Below are positions 27,583 through 36,683 of a DNA stretch of 64,000 nucleotides, in pieces (positions within the stretch are counted from its first letter, which is position 1; each line of letters starts with the position of its first letter). The DNA comes from a virus (taxonomy: Duplodnaviria; Heunggongvirae; Uroviricota; Caudoviricetes). The stretch lies in IMG/VR virus record IMGVR_UViG_3300043119_000732; one strand, given 5' to 3'. Position numbers and translations under genes: made by a program. The notes below the pieces were generated by a model, which saw only the letters and a program-made list of their open reading frames with translations, was not told the origin of the DNA and searched no databases.

Positions 27583-28038
27583 ATGAATATTACAGTAGAG
27601 CAAAATAACGCTCTGGTAAATCTATCTAAAAATAATATACCATTCATTATCACTGGTAGATACTCGTATCAAAGTGATGTCGAGCCTTCTGATGTAGATT
27701 TGATAATATTAAAAAAACATGCAGCATCTGTAGATAAAATAATCGAAAGAGATGATGATAAAAAGAATGAAGGTTCTAAAATAGATCCTGAATTTAATGA
27801 TCAGAGAGTATTTTACAAAAACAAAATAGATATACTATATATCGATAGTGAGATACACTGGGAGGAGCTTATATGTTTTTCACGTGTAAAGGAAGGTATA
27901 AGGTATTCACACCCTGCTCATTCCATGTTAGCAAAATTTAAAATGATAATGAAGAACGTTTCTTACAAATCAGCATCATCTTTCAAACATGGTAAAGATC
28001 TTGAAGAGTATATCATGAACACACTCAGCACAGAATGA
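27583..28038 (+). CDS. Minimal nucleotidyltransferase-like protein
   Basis: FIITGRYS...SDVDLII (hG[GS]...DxD), later IDIL, and KH..DL near the C-terminus. Confidence 0.55.
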   Translation: MNITVEQNNALVNLSKNNIPFIITGRYSYQSDVEPSDVDLIILKKHAASVDKIIERDDDKKNEGSKIDPEFNDQRVFYKNKIDILYIDSEIHWEELICFSRVKEGIRYSHPAHSMLAKFKMIMKNVSYKSASSFKHGKDLEEYIMNTLSTE

Positions 28039-28517
28039 TATACGCTGGAATAGGTTCAAGAGAGACACCTGAAAATGTACTTGATGTAATGAGAAGTATA
28101 GGTAAATTACTTGCACTTAAAAACTGCATCTTGAGAAGTGGTGGAGCAAAAGGTGCTGATACTGCTTTTGAACAAGGTTGTGATTTAGTTTGTGGTAGAA
28201 AAGAAATATTTCTACCACAAAATTCTCTTGATAATGACGATAAAGCAAGAGAAATAACAAAACAATTTCATCCAAATTGGGAGGCTTGTAATGAATTCAG
28301 TAAGAGATTACATACAAGAAATGTATATCAAATACTAGGTAGTAATTTAACGACACCTAGCGATTTTGTAGTGTGCTGGACAGTAAATGGTGAACTACAG
28401 GGCGGTACTGCACAAGCTCTTCGTATTGCAGAGTACTATTGGATACCTATTTATAATCTAGGACGAGAAGGTGACTTAGACAAATTTAAACAATTTTTTA
28501 AATTATCTTTTATATAA
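28035..28517 (+). CDS. SLOG/DprA-like nucleotide-binding protein
   Basis: YAGIGSR, LRSGGAKGAD, RN..QILG, GGTAQA.RIA. Confidence 0.8.
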   Translation: MIYAGIGSRETPENVLDVMRSIGKLLALKNCILRSGGAKGADTAFEQGCDLVCGRKEIFLPQNSLDNDDKAREITKQFHPNWEACNEFSKRLHTRNVYQILGSNLTTPSDFVVCWTVNGELQGGTAQALRIAEYYWIPIYNLGREGDLDKFKQFFKLSFI

Positions 28518-29428
28518 TGAGTAAATGGCCAACACTTGCAGACAGATTAAGGAATACTCTTAAAACTAGAGAAGAAGCAATCAGACAGCTCAAAGCGTTT
28601 AAAATGCAATTAACACCTCTCGCAGAAAAGTACTTGAAATCCGAAAAAAATAGCGTTAATAAAGAGATGAAAAGAAAAGGTATAATTTTAGCAGGAGGGC
28701 ATGGCACTAGACTAAGACCACTTACCTATTGCACTTGTAAGCAGTTATTACCTGTTTATAATCATGTAATGGTAGAATACCCAATTAGTACATTACTAGC
28801 AGCTGGAGTTGAAGATATTACTTTTATAGTGAAAACTATAGATAAGCCGGCATTTCAAAATCTTCTAAATAATATAAACCCAGATAATATTAAGTTTACG
28901 TATAGGTTTGTTATTCAAGACGATCCAAAAGGTTTATCTGAAGCTTTTATTCTTGCAGAACAATATATTAAAGGTTGCCCTACTGCTCTCGTACTTGGAG
29001 ATAATCTTTTTTACGGTTCGCAATTCGATACAGATATAAAAAATATAATGCCTAATGAGAATGTTATATTTGGTTATAAAGTAAAGAACCCATCTGCTTA
29101 CGGTGTAGCAGTTTTAGATGAAAGTGGTGATATTGCAGGTGTTGTAGAAAAACCTGAGATACCACCGACTAATTACGCAATACCTGGTCTATACTTTTTT
29201 GATGAAACCTGCATAGAAAAAGCAAAAAATTGTAAACCATCTAAAAGAGGTGAACTTGAAATCGTTGATGTTATCAATCAATACATTAAAGAAAAAAATA
29301 TAGCACTTCATTTACTCGATAACCACACAGCATGGTTTGATTGCGGTACACACGCAGATCTACTTGATGCTGCTAACTTTGTAAGAGCAATAGAAACTAG
29401 AACAAATACAACAGTATGCAAAATATGA
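28517..29428 (+). CDS. rmlA: Glucose-1-phosphate thymidylyltransferase with a ~50-aa N-terminal extension
   Basis: GIILAGGHGTRLRPLT, KQLLPVY, Q..PKGLSEAF, LGDN, VEKP, RGELEI, WFDCGT. Confidence 0.93.
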   Translation: MSKWPTLADRLRNTLKTREEAIRQLKAFKMQLTPLAEKYLKSEKNSVNKEMKRKGIILAGGHGTRLRPLTYCTCKQLLPVYNHVMVEYPISTLLAAGVEDITFIVKTIDKPAFQNLLNNINPDNIKFTYRFVIQDDPKGLSEAFILAEQYIKGCPTALVLGDNLFYGSQFDTDIKNIMPNENVIFGYKVKNPSAYGVAVLDESGDIAGVVEKPEIPPTNYAIPGLYFFDETCIEKAKNCKPSKRGELEIVDVINQYIKEKNIALHLLDNHTAWFDCGTHADLLDAANFVRAIETRTNTTVCKI

Positions 29429-30396
29429 TGAAAAGATTTTTAGTAACAGGAGCATATGGCTTTATAGGTAGCCATTTTATAGATTTTCTCGATAATAAAG
29501 TCGATGCAGAGATTTATACCATTGATAAAAAAGGTTACGCATCTAATAAAAACAATTTAAAGAAACAATACGATACTATCGGCATGATAAACTTTGAGTT
29601 TGACCTTGCTACATGCTCAACTGATATTTTTTTCGAAAGCTGTAAGTATAAGCAGTTCGATGCTATCTTTCATTTCGCTGCAGAAAGTCATGTTGATAAT
29701 AGTATTACAGGGCCACTTGTTTTTACAGAATCTAATGTCATAGGTACACACAAACTACTAGAAGGTTGGAGAAAAAACGGTGCACATGGTAGATTTATAC
29801 ATGTAAGTACGGATGAAGTCTATGGGCATTTACATGAAAATGATAAACCATTTACAGAATATACACCATTATCACCGAGATCACCATACTCTGCATCTAA
29901 AGCGAGTAGCGATCTTATAGTAAAATCATATAATGATACATACGGGTTAGATACAATAATAACAAGATGTAGCAATAATTACGGCTCAAAACAGCATCAT
30001 GAAAAACTTATTCCGAAAACAATCACAAATATACTTAATGGTAAAAGCGTACCTGTTTATGGTACTGGTAAAAATGTACGAGAGTGGATTCATGTGGTTG
30101 ATCATGTAGATGCAATATGGAATTTATATAATCAAGGTAAATCAGGTAATGTTTATAATATTGGGTCTGGGGAAGAGATGACTAACTTAGATGTTATTAC
30201 GACCATATGTAAACATATGAACGTGTTACCTGAGGATACTATAAAGTTTGTAGAAGATAGAAAAGGACATGATTTTAGATACGCAATTGATTCTACAAAG
30301 ATTAAACTACTAACAAACTGGAAGCCTAAGTATGAATTTAATAAAAGCATTCAAGAAACAATCGATTGGTACAAACAAAATACACCTAAAGTCTAA
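29416..30396 (+). CDS. rmlB: dTDP-glucose 4,6-dehydratase
   Basis: VTGAYGFIGS, HFAAESHVD, VSTDEVYG, YSASK, NNYG, REWIHV.DH, DRKGHDFRYA. Confidence 0.94.
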   Translation: MQNMMKRFLVTGAYGFIGSHFIDFLDNKVDAEIYTIDKKGYASNKNNLKKQYDTIGMINFEFDLATCSTDIFFESCKYKQFDAIFHFAAESHVDNSITGPLVFTESNVIGTHKLLEGWRKNGAHGRFIHVSTDEVYGHLHENDKPFTEYTPLSPRSPYSASKASSDLIVKSYNDTYGLDTIITRCSNNYGSKQHHEKLIPKTITNILNGKSVPVYGTGKNVREWIHVVDHVDAIWNLYNQGKSGNVYNIGSGEEMTNLDVITTICKHMNVLPEDTIKFVEDRKGHDFRYAIDSTKIKLLTNWKPKYEFNKSIQETIDWYKQNTPKV

Positions 30397-30634
30397 GGAC
30401 ATATATGCAGTCCAAACTGGGGACTATGCAGGAGAGATGTTTATATACATAGAAGATATTAACGATTCCCATTGTTTCCTTTCGATTCCGAATATGGTAA
30501 ATAGGGTTATATCATTCGATAAATTTAAATTTGCAATAGACAATAATATTGTGGAAAAGGTAAATGAAGAATTACCTAAGCAAGTTTATAGTTTATGTAC
30601 AGCTCAGTATAAAAGGAATCGAGAGAATAAATAA
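30332..30634 (+). CDS. Hypothetical protein
   Basis: ORF track; the start is uncertain because it overlaps rmlB. Confidence 0.5.
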   Translation: MNLIKAFKKQSIGTNKIHLKSKDIYAVQTGDYAGEMFIYIEDINDSHCFLSIPNMVNRVISFDKFKFAIDNNIVEKVNEELPKQVYSLCTAQYKRNRENK

Positions 30635-30638
30635 TTGT

Positions 30639-30845
30639 ATGTTCGTCCAACCTAAAAAAATCGTTTCACCAATATCAGGTAATATAGTAATACCTAAAAT
30701 GGTAATAAGAGAGATAGAAGGTAAAATTGTTACTGAGGCTCATTACTATGACCCTAACAGTGGTACCTTTTTACATAAAGGTGTTGTTTCAGTAGTAGAT
30801 AAGAATACAAAAGAAACCACCACGCTAAGTAACGCAAGAGTATAA
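30639..30845 (+). CDS. Small hypothetical protein (MFVQPKKIVSPISG...)
   Basis: TAAATA at 30628-30633 followed by N5-ATG. Confidence 0.6.
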   Translation: MFVQPKKIVSPISGNIVIPKMVIREIEGKIVTEAHYYDPNSGTFLHKGVVSVVDKNTKETTTLSNARV

Positions 30846-30861
30846 TCATCTCCGGCTGAAC

Positions 30862-31197
30862 ATGGAGACTATTAAGAAACTTTTTGCTGACAATACCTGG
30901 CTTTTCATAGTAGGTATTGTTGGTTTAATGTTTCAATCAACCATACAAAAAATAGTAGCAGCATTATTTGTCTTCATTGGTAATGATTATAATGAAGATG
31001 ATATAATATTATTAAACGGTAAACCAGCCCGTATTGTACGTGTAGGTTTATGGAAATCTACATTTTTCCTTTATACCATTAAAAACGGCGTAGTTACCGG
31101 TGGTACAAAGTTAGTAATACAGAATGAAAGACTATCTTCAATGAATCTTGAGAAACCATTGCAAAAGATAGATATCGAAAGTATAAACGATAAATAA
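30862..31197 (+). CDS. Small membrane protein with an MscS-like TM3 plus beta domain
   Basis: Hydrophobic N-terminus, then Y.EDDIILLNGKPARIVRVG...T. Confidence 0.5.
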   Translation: METIKKLFADNTWLFIVGIVGLMFQSTIQKIVAALFVFIGNDYNEDDIILLNGKPARIVRVGLWKSTFFLYTIKNGVVTGGTKLVIQNERLSSMNLEKPLQKIDIESINDK

Positions 31198-31241
31198 GAA
31201 CTTGATATTCGGTAAAGGAACTATATTATTCTTTACTAAAT

Positions 31242-32282
31242 ATGATAGCGGTACCTGAACAATATGCTGTACAAGTATTTTATCAGCATGTAAGCCACAC
31301 TAGTTATAGTAAAATTACTAGAACATATAACGGTTCATGCCCGTTCTGTAAAGAAGGTAAGAGCTTTGGTAAAAAGAAACGTTTCTTTTATATACCTAAA
31401 ACTGAAACATGCTATTGTCATAACTGCGGGTATAGTAAAAAAGTATTAAATTTTGTCTTAGATATAACCGGTAAACCGTTTAATGTTGTTGTAGATGAGA
31501 TACAAACGAATGGTTATGATGAGATAGAAATACCGAAACAACAAGAAAAGAAGGTAGAAATCGAGTTAAAAACTCTTCCAGAAGATTGTATAAATCTTTT
31601 AGATCCAACACAATTACAGTTTTATGATGGTAATGCAATAGTTAGAATTGCACTAGAGTTTATAGTAAAGCGTAGATTATATACTGCAGTAAATAGACCT
31701 AAAACTTTTTATTTATCATTAGTAGATAAAGTACATAAAAATAGATTAATTCTACCTTTTTATAATGCTCTTGATGATATAATCTTTTACCAGACGCGTA
31801 CCTTACTTGATTCAGATAACTTTAAAAAGCCAAAATATCTTTCTAAAGTAGGTGGTGTTCGCAGCTTATACGGTGTTCATTCTGTAGATAAAGATAACGA
31901 AAATATTTTTCTTCTAGAGGGTCCTATAGATAGCTTCTTTATTAAAAACGGGTTAGCAGTTGGTGGTATTCAAGATGAATCAGACAAAATGTATAATGAG
32001 TTACAACAACAGCAATTGTTAGGTTTCTCTACATACAATAGAGTATGGGTACTCGATAATCAGTGGTGTGATGATGCTTCTCTTAAGAAGAGTGAGGTAT
32101 TATTAAACTTAGGTGAGAATGTATTTATATGGCCTGAAAACTTAAGAAAATATAAAGATATCAATGAGTATTGTATAGACAAACAGATTGATGAATTTTC
32201 ACAAAAAATAATCCTTGATAATGTATATCAAGGATTAGAAGGTCTGTTGATGTTACAGATGTTAAAATCTAATAATATTTAA
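31242..32282 (+). CDS. gp61: DNA primase (gp61-like)
   Basis: CPFC...CHNC zinc finger, RLILPF, YQ.R, KYL, EGPIDS, DN, KDINE. Confidence 0.93.
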   Translation: MIAVPEQYAVQVFYQHVSHTSYSKITRTYNGSCPFCKEGKSFGKKKRFFYIPKTETCYCHNCGYSKKVLNFVLDITGKPFNVVVDEIQTNGYDEIEIPKQQEKKVEIELKTLPEDCINLLDPTQLQFYDGNAIVRIALEFIVKRRLYTAVNRPKTFYLSLVDKVHKNRLILPFYNALDDIIFYQTRTLLDSDNFKKPKYLSKVGGVRSLYGVHSVDKDNENIFLLEGPIDSFFIKNGLAVGGIQDESDKMYNELQQQQLLGFSTYNRVWVLDNQWCDDASLKKSEVLLNLGENVFIWPENLRKYKDINEYCIDKQIDEFSQKIILDNVYQGLEGLLMLQMLKSNNI

Positions 32283-33301
32283 AGTCGTTTTATCAAATTA
32301 CCTTTTTTATCAAAAATTAAAGTAATATGTGTATAACCTATCTTTTCAGCAGCTTCTTTTTTAGCAATGTTGCGATCGATGTCTAGGTTATAAGTGTAAT
32401 CACTTTTTACTTCAACCAAACAATTAAATTTCGGTATAAAAATATCAGGAAAATACACCCTATCTTTACCTTGATGGTTGTAAGGAATATTAAGATTATA
32501 AACATCATTACCTGCAAGTATATCAGTAACAATTACATCATCAAAATGCTCTAGGATATATCGGATACCATACTCTTCATAACCACGTAAATGTTGAAAC
32601 TCTACACCTTCTATTATAGTGGTTTTATACTTGAACATAGATTTTTGAGCCTTCTCAAAAACTTCAGGTAGTTGCATAGTGCTAACCACACCGTATTTAT
32701 TTAGATTTTTCTGTTTAATGTAGTTTTTAGTGTATTCAGAAGACTGTGTTTCTTTACATGTTCTAAACTTAATACCATTACGTTTTAATAGTAATCGAAT
32801 AGTACCATGAACAACATTATATTTTTGTGCTAACTCAACACAACCTACACCTTGATTATATTCTTCTATAATTTTTTGAATTATGTCAGGACCTTTAATT
32901 TTCTGACCCCAAGGTCTAACTGATAATGCAGATTGAATTTCAGAACGTGTACGTAAAGGTATGCTATTTTCTTTAAGGAATTGCACTAATCTATACTCAG
33001 CAATGTTGAGTTGTTTAATGATTTTGTAAAGAGGTATACCTTGTTGATATAGCAAAGCTCCTTCTTTATATTTTTCTAAGATATTATCATTATAATATAA
33101 TTTTTGAACTTTGAGATCATTAGCTTCCTCATATGTTCTTTTTTGGATGTTGTTTTTGATTAGAATTTGATCAACCACATATAGAGAAACAGCGTATTTG
33201 CGAGCTAAATCACCAATCGATTCTCCCTGCAAATACGCTGTTATAATTTCTTCTTCTTTATCTTTAACGTTTTTATGTTTTGCTTTATATATTATACTCA
33301 C
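32279..33301 (-). CDS. Free-standing PD-(D/E)xK endonuclease with HTH-like repeats (GTG start at 33301)
   Basis: YFPDIFI...LVEVKS; paralog of 9884..10753; TAAATA-N5-GTG. Confidence 0.75.
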   Translation of the reverse strand: MSIIYKAKHKNVKDKEEEIITAYLQGESIGDLARKYAVSLYVVDQILIKNNIQKRTYEEANDLKVQKLYYNDNILEKYKEGALLYQQGIPLYKIIKQLNIAEYRLVQFLKENSIPLRTRSEIQSALSVRPWGQKIKGPDIIQKIIEEYNQGVGCVELAQKYNVVHGTIRLLLKRNGIKFRTCKETQSSEYTKNYIKQKNLNKYGVVSTMQLPEVFEKAQKSMFKYKTTIIEGVEFQHLRGYEEYGIRYILEHFDDVIVTDILAGNDVYNLNIPYNHQGKDRVYFPDIFIPKFNCLVEVKSDYTYNLDIDRNIAKKEAAEKIGYTHITLIFDKKGNLIKRL

Positions 33302-33367
33302 ATAATTATTTATTTGCTTGTGAGTTGGAATCAACTTAAAAATAGTAAGTTAATTCCGCAGCAGGGG

Positions 33368-33793
33368 CTACTGACCCTTATATTTACTATCGGCTGCACC
33401 TGCTAGGTAACCCTTCATAATTTCTATTAAGGATCCTAATTCCATTGCAACTCTTGAAATCTTCTTTGTTTCAGCATCGCTGATCTTCTTAAAGAGTGTT
33501 TCAGGTGATGCTGAGTTTAGCTTAGTTTGAATACTTGCAGAATCGGTACCATTAAGAAATTCTTTAAAGTTTTCCATCTGACCTAACCAGTTTCTTAACT
33601 CATCATACATTTGCTTCTGGAATGCTGTTAATTCAGCAGGTACTTGACCGACTGCGCCTTTTGGTGCATCTACATCAAAATCTTCAGGTGATGTTCCTTT
33701 ATCTAAAGTTGAAGCCATTGCATCTCTATCTGTGATCTCTGCTTCATCTTGCTCTAAAAGAAACTTTTGAAATCTTTTCTGATAATTATTCAT
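33368..33793 (-). CDS. Probable internal head protein
   Basis: Leader MNNYQKRFQKFLLE; TAAATA-N5-ATG. Confidence 0.6.
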   Translation of the reverse strand: MNNYQKRFQKFLLEQDEAEITDRDAMASTLDKGTSPEDFDVDAPKGAVGQVPAELTAFQKQMYDELRNWLGQMENFKEFLNGTDSASIQTKLNSASPETLFKKISDAETKKISRVAMELGSLIEIMKGYLAGAADSKYKGQ

Positions 33794-33839
33794 ATTATTA
33801 TTTATATTTAATCAACAAAATATAAAGATGAGTAACTTA

Positions 33840-34112
33840 TTATGTTTTATCACCTTTCTTCCAAGAAATTCTCTTCGTACCTTTTTTATACTTTGATCTT
33901 GAATTACATTGAGCCATTGTAGGCCTACATGCAGGGTACCCTTTTCTTTTTTCACCTTTTTGTCTACCACATGGTTTGCCAGTCTTGCAATCTATCCATC
34001 CCTTTCCTTTATTTCTTGAGAACCAACCATGTAACCCTTGCTTTTTCTCCTTTTCGAATTTTTCTAAAAGAAAATTAACAGCTACATCAAAATTTTTATT
34101 AATTTTGCTCAT
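33840..34112 (-). CDS. Small Cys/Lys-rich conserved phage protein (start 34112)
   Basis: GL..WF...W.DCKTGKPCGR...YPACRP; leader ending FLLE; ATGA overlap with the upstream gene. Confidence 0.65.
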   Translation of the reverse strand: MSKINKNFDVAVNFLLEKFEKEKKQGLHGWFSRNKGKGWIDCKTGKPCGRQKGEKRKGYPACRPTMAQCNSRSKYKKGTKRISWKKGDKT

Positions 34113-34273
34113 TTTTTCTTTTTCCATATTTTACCACCACGGCAACGAACAATAGCTCCAGATTTATAAGCAGAAGTTTTCTTACCATATACTCGATCTG
34201 CTTTTCTTGCGCATCGATCTTTTTTAGTTTTTTCCTCTAGAATTGACTCTACAAGACTATTAAACGCGTTCAT
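34109..34273 (-). CDS. Small basic conserved phage protein (start 34273)
   Basis: MNAFNSLVESILEE...C...A...Y...SAY.SGA.V.CR; TAAATA-N5-ATG. Confidence 0.65.
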   Translation of the reverse strand: MNAFNSLVESILEEKTKKDRCARKADRVYGKKTSAYKSGAIVRCRGGKIWKKKK

Positions 34274-34304
34274 ATTTATATTTAATCGATTAAATATAAA
34301 GATG
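34271..34304. promoter_or_regulatory. Palindromic back-to-back late promoters
   Basis: Perfect 26-bp palindrome TTTATATTTAATCGATTAAATATAAA (34275-34300), with CAT and ATG placed symmetrically at the ends. Confidence 0.8.
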
Positions 34305-34649
34305 AGTAACTTTATTAGAGAAGACAGTACCATTTACAATGTGCAGCGTCAACAAGCAGGTATTAAAAAGAGTGAAGACTTACCACAACCTAATAAGGTA
34401 GGCAACTTAACTAATCAAGCTAGTGACTTCGCACCTCCTGTAAAACCTTACCCTTTAGATAGATTTGATGATATTTCAACAGATGTTTTTGTTGGTCTAT
34501 TAAATTTACGTAAGATAATAGAAACAGCTAAAAACAATCCTTCTATTAAAAAGAAAAACAGTGAAAAGCTCTCTATTCTTAATAATCATTTAGAAAATAT
34601 GGGTAAAACAATGGTTGAATTATCCAAAATTGTAGATACAATTAATTAA
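34302..34649 (+). CDS. Hypothetical late protein
   Basis: ORF track; TAAATA-N5-ATG. Confidence 0.6.
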   Translation: MSNFIREDSTIYNVQRQQAGIKKSEDLPQPNKVGNLTNQASDFAPPVKPYPLDRFDDISTDVFVGLLNLRKIIETAKNNPSIKKKNSEKLSILNNHLENMGKTMVELSKIVDTIN

Positions 34650-35047
34650 TGAGAAACATTTTAATATCTTTTGTACTAACATGTCTAGTTAGTACCTTAG
34701 TAGGTGTACTGTCTAGCAATTTTATTGCTGGTTTTGTGTTGGCATTTTTTCTACAACTTGTAATATTCTATATAGGAAATACAGTATACAATAATCATAT
34801 TATTACAAAAATTGAAGCAATTAAACTGGAGCAAATAAAAGAAATACAAAAACAACACGTAACTGTAACATGCCCTTGCTCAGAAGGTAATAAGCAAATA
34901 GTGGATATAAAAATCGATTCTGATATCATTTACAAATGTGATAAATGTGATAAAAATATTAAAGCAACCCACGAAGTAAAAAACTTTATAACAACTCAAC
35001 CTATATACTTTCATGACAGAACTCCAAAAGATAACAACAGAGGTTAA
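34649..35047 (+). CDS. Membrane protein with a C-terminal Zn-ribbon-like motif
   Basis: Two hydrophobic segments; CPC...CDKC. Confidence 0.55.
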   Translation: MRNILISFVLTCLVSTLVGVLSSNFIAGFVLAFFLQLVIFYIGNTVYNNHIITKIEAIKLEQIKEIQKQHVTVTCPCSEGNKQIVDIKIDSDIIYKCDKCDKNIKATHEVKNFITTQPIYFHDRTPKDNNRG

Positions 35048-35423
35048 ACCTACATCATTTGAAACTCCAAAAATCGAAACAAACGAGGTAAAATACGATG
35101 ATTGTTTACGTTTACTACAACAGCTACTAAAAACAAGTAGCGAACAGCAGAGAGTTTTTGATGAAGGTATTTTCACTGAAAAAAATAAAGTTAATAATTA
35201 CTCAAAGATTCTAATAGATGTGATAACATTTGTCTTAGATCAAGATGATACTAAAGTAGATAATCCGAACGAGATTGTAATACATAGGCAAAATAAAAAA
35301 TTCATCAAGGATTCACTAACACTACTTTTGAATAGTATTAAACATTATAGCATTGATGACAAAAAGGTTAAATTAATGCTAACAGGAAAATTGATACAAT
35401 CATTATATGAATCAAAAAACTGA
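35013..35423 (+). CDS. Hypothetical protein
   Basis: ORF track; coupled overlaps. Confidence 0.55.
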   Translation: MTELQKITTEVKPTSFETPKIETNEVKYDDCLRLLQQLLKTSSEQQRVFDEGIFTEKNKVNNYSKILIDVITFVLDQDDTKVDNPNEIVIHRQNKKFIKDSLTLLLNSIKHYSIDDKKVKLMLTGKLIQSLYESKN

Positions 35424-35649
35424 GAGATTGAAACAACTTGAACAAGAGCACGGTATAGAATTCTTAGCAAGGTTTGCATGTTTAATAGAAGCTGTAAATC
35501 TGACATGTGATAAAGCAGAACAGTTAGGTATGGATACTGAAACATCATCACTATGGATCAAACCTATAGCATTTCACCATTATATAGATGAGCGACAAAA
35601 GGACATGAGGTATAATATAGAAATGTTTCTAAAAGGTGAAAATATATGA
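35407..35649 (+). CDS. Hypothetical protein
   Basis: ORF track. Confidence 0.55.
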   Translation: MNQKTERLKQLEQEHGIEFLARFACLIEAVNLTCDKAEQLGMDTETSSLWIKPIAFHHYIDERQKDMRYNIEMFLKGENI

Positions 35650-35918
35650 AGTATATCCCAGGTACAACGATTTTAGTTGCTAATTTACCACTAAAGGGAT
35701 CCATTAAAGGGTTTTTTGAACCAGGTAAATCATATTACCTTAAAAACGTACGTAAACTCTCAGAAAATGAAATAGAATATACTTTTGTAGGTAGTAGTAG
35801 TGAATTTACAATTCGACAACCTAACTTCGTATCCGGGGATACAATAATAGATTATCTAATAACTGGTCGTGTTATCCAACAGCAAAGTTATTGGGATAAC
35901 GAAGAAAGAAAAGATTAA
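35646..35918 (+). CDS. Hypothetical protein
   Basis: ORF track; ATGA overlap. Confidence 0.55.
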   Translation: MKYIPGTTILVANLPLKGSIKGFFEPGKSYYLKNVRKLSENEIEYTFVGSSSEFTIRQPNFVSGDTIIDYLITGRVIQQQSYWDNEERKD

Positions 35919-36682
35919 TAGTATCCACCATATACGTCCGTTGCTTCATTTGCAGACATATCGAATACTACAGTTCTACTTGTTTCGTTAATGTCACCTG
36001 GGTAACGTTTTTCATCTGTAGGGTTATTACCCACTCCAGATAATACACCAGAGAATGCATTTTCGTACACTTGTGCATCTGCTTTCTCTGCAGATAATCC
36101 AGGCTCGAAACTGTATTCGAATCTCTTAGCTTTTAATCTCCAAACATAATGACCACCCAATTGATTTATTGAAGATATATCCTCATCAATTCTATCTGTA
36201 ACTTCAAAATATTTTGCACCTCTACCGTTTAGTCTGCCTCTACCATATTCAGTAAGAGCAAATACATCGCCAGAGCGTGGTTCAATTAAATTAAACTGCG
36301 TTGCATAAACGCTGGACAAGATATTAAATGCAGAGTAGAAAGCAGATACATGAATTGTAGCTGTTATTTCATCATCACTTGAGAAACCGAATTTAGATAA
36401 TGTATCAGCATTTTCATTCAATTCGATAGCCATTACAACCTCTACCGGCGGCGCAAATTGCTTTGCAGGACTCTCACCATAGAGATTATCAGCTGATAAA
36501 ATATTATATGTATTAACATAGTATGTAACCTTTTGACCATACATGTTTAATATTTCTTGCCAATAATTACTATATAACATCTGTTCGTTGCTATTAGTAT
36601 CTTTATCATTGAATCTAAAGCAAAAAGTACCGTCAGATGTCATTCCTGGATAACAATTATCGTTAAAATTAATTGTTGACAT
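35915..36682 (-). CDS. Neck/head-closure protein (gp14-like)
   Basis: E...MYGQKVTY, LYGESP, LSKFG..S.DE.T..I, PRSGD, FEV, W.L.A..FEYS.E. Confidence 0.78.
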   Translation of the reverse strand: MSTINFNDNCYPGMTSDGTFCFRFNDKDTNSNEQMLYSNYWQEILNMYGQKVTYYVNTYNILSADNLYGESPAKQFAPPVEVVMAIELNENADTLSKFGFSSDDEITATIHVSAFYSAFNILSSVYATQFNLIEPRSGDVFALTEYGRGRLNGRGAKYFEVTDRIDEDISSINQLGGHYVWRLKAKRFEYSFEPGLSAEKADAQVYENAFSGVLSGVGNNPTDEKRYPGDINETSRTVVFDMSANEATDVYGGYY

Positions 36683-36683
36683 A

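Larger units (their letters stand above)
33801..34312. repeat. 38-bp imperfect direct repeat (33801-33838 and 34275-34312; 34/38 identical) flanking two genes
   Basis: TTTATATTTAATC-aaca-AAATATAAAGATGAGTAACTT versus TTTATATTTAATC-gatt-AAATATAAAGATGAGTAACTT. Confidence 0.85.
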
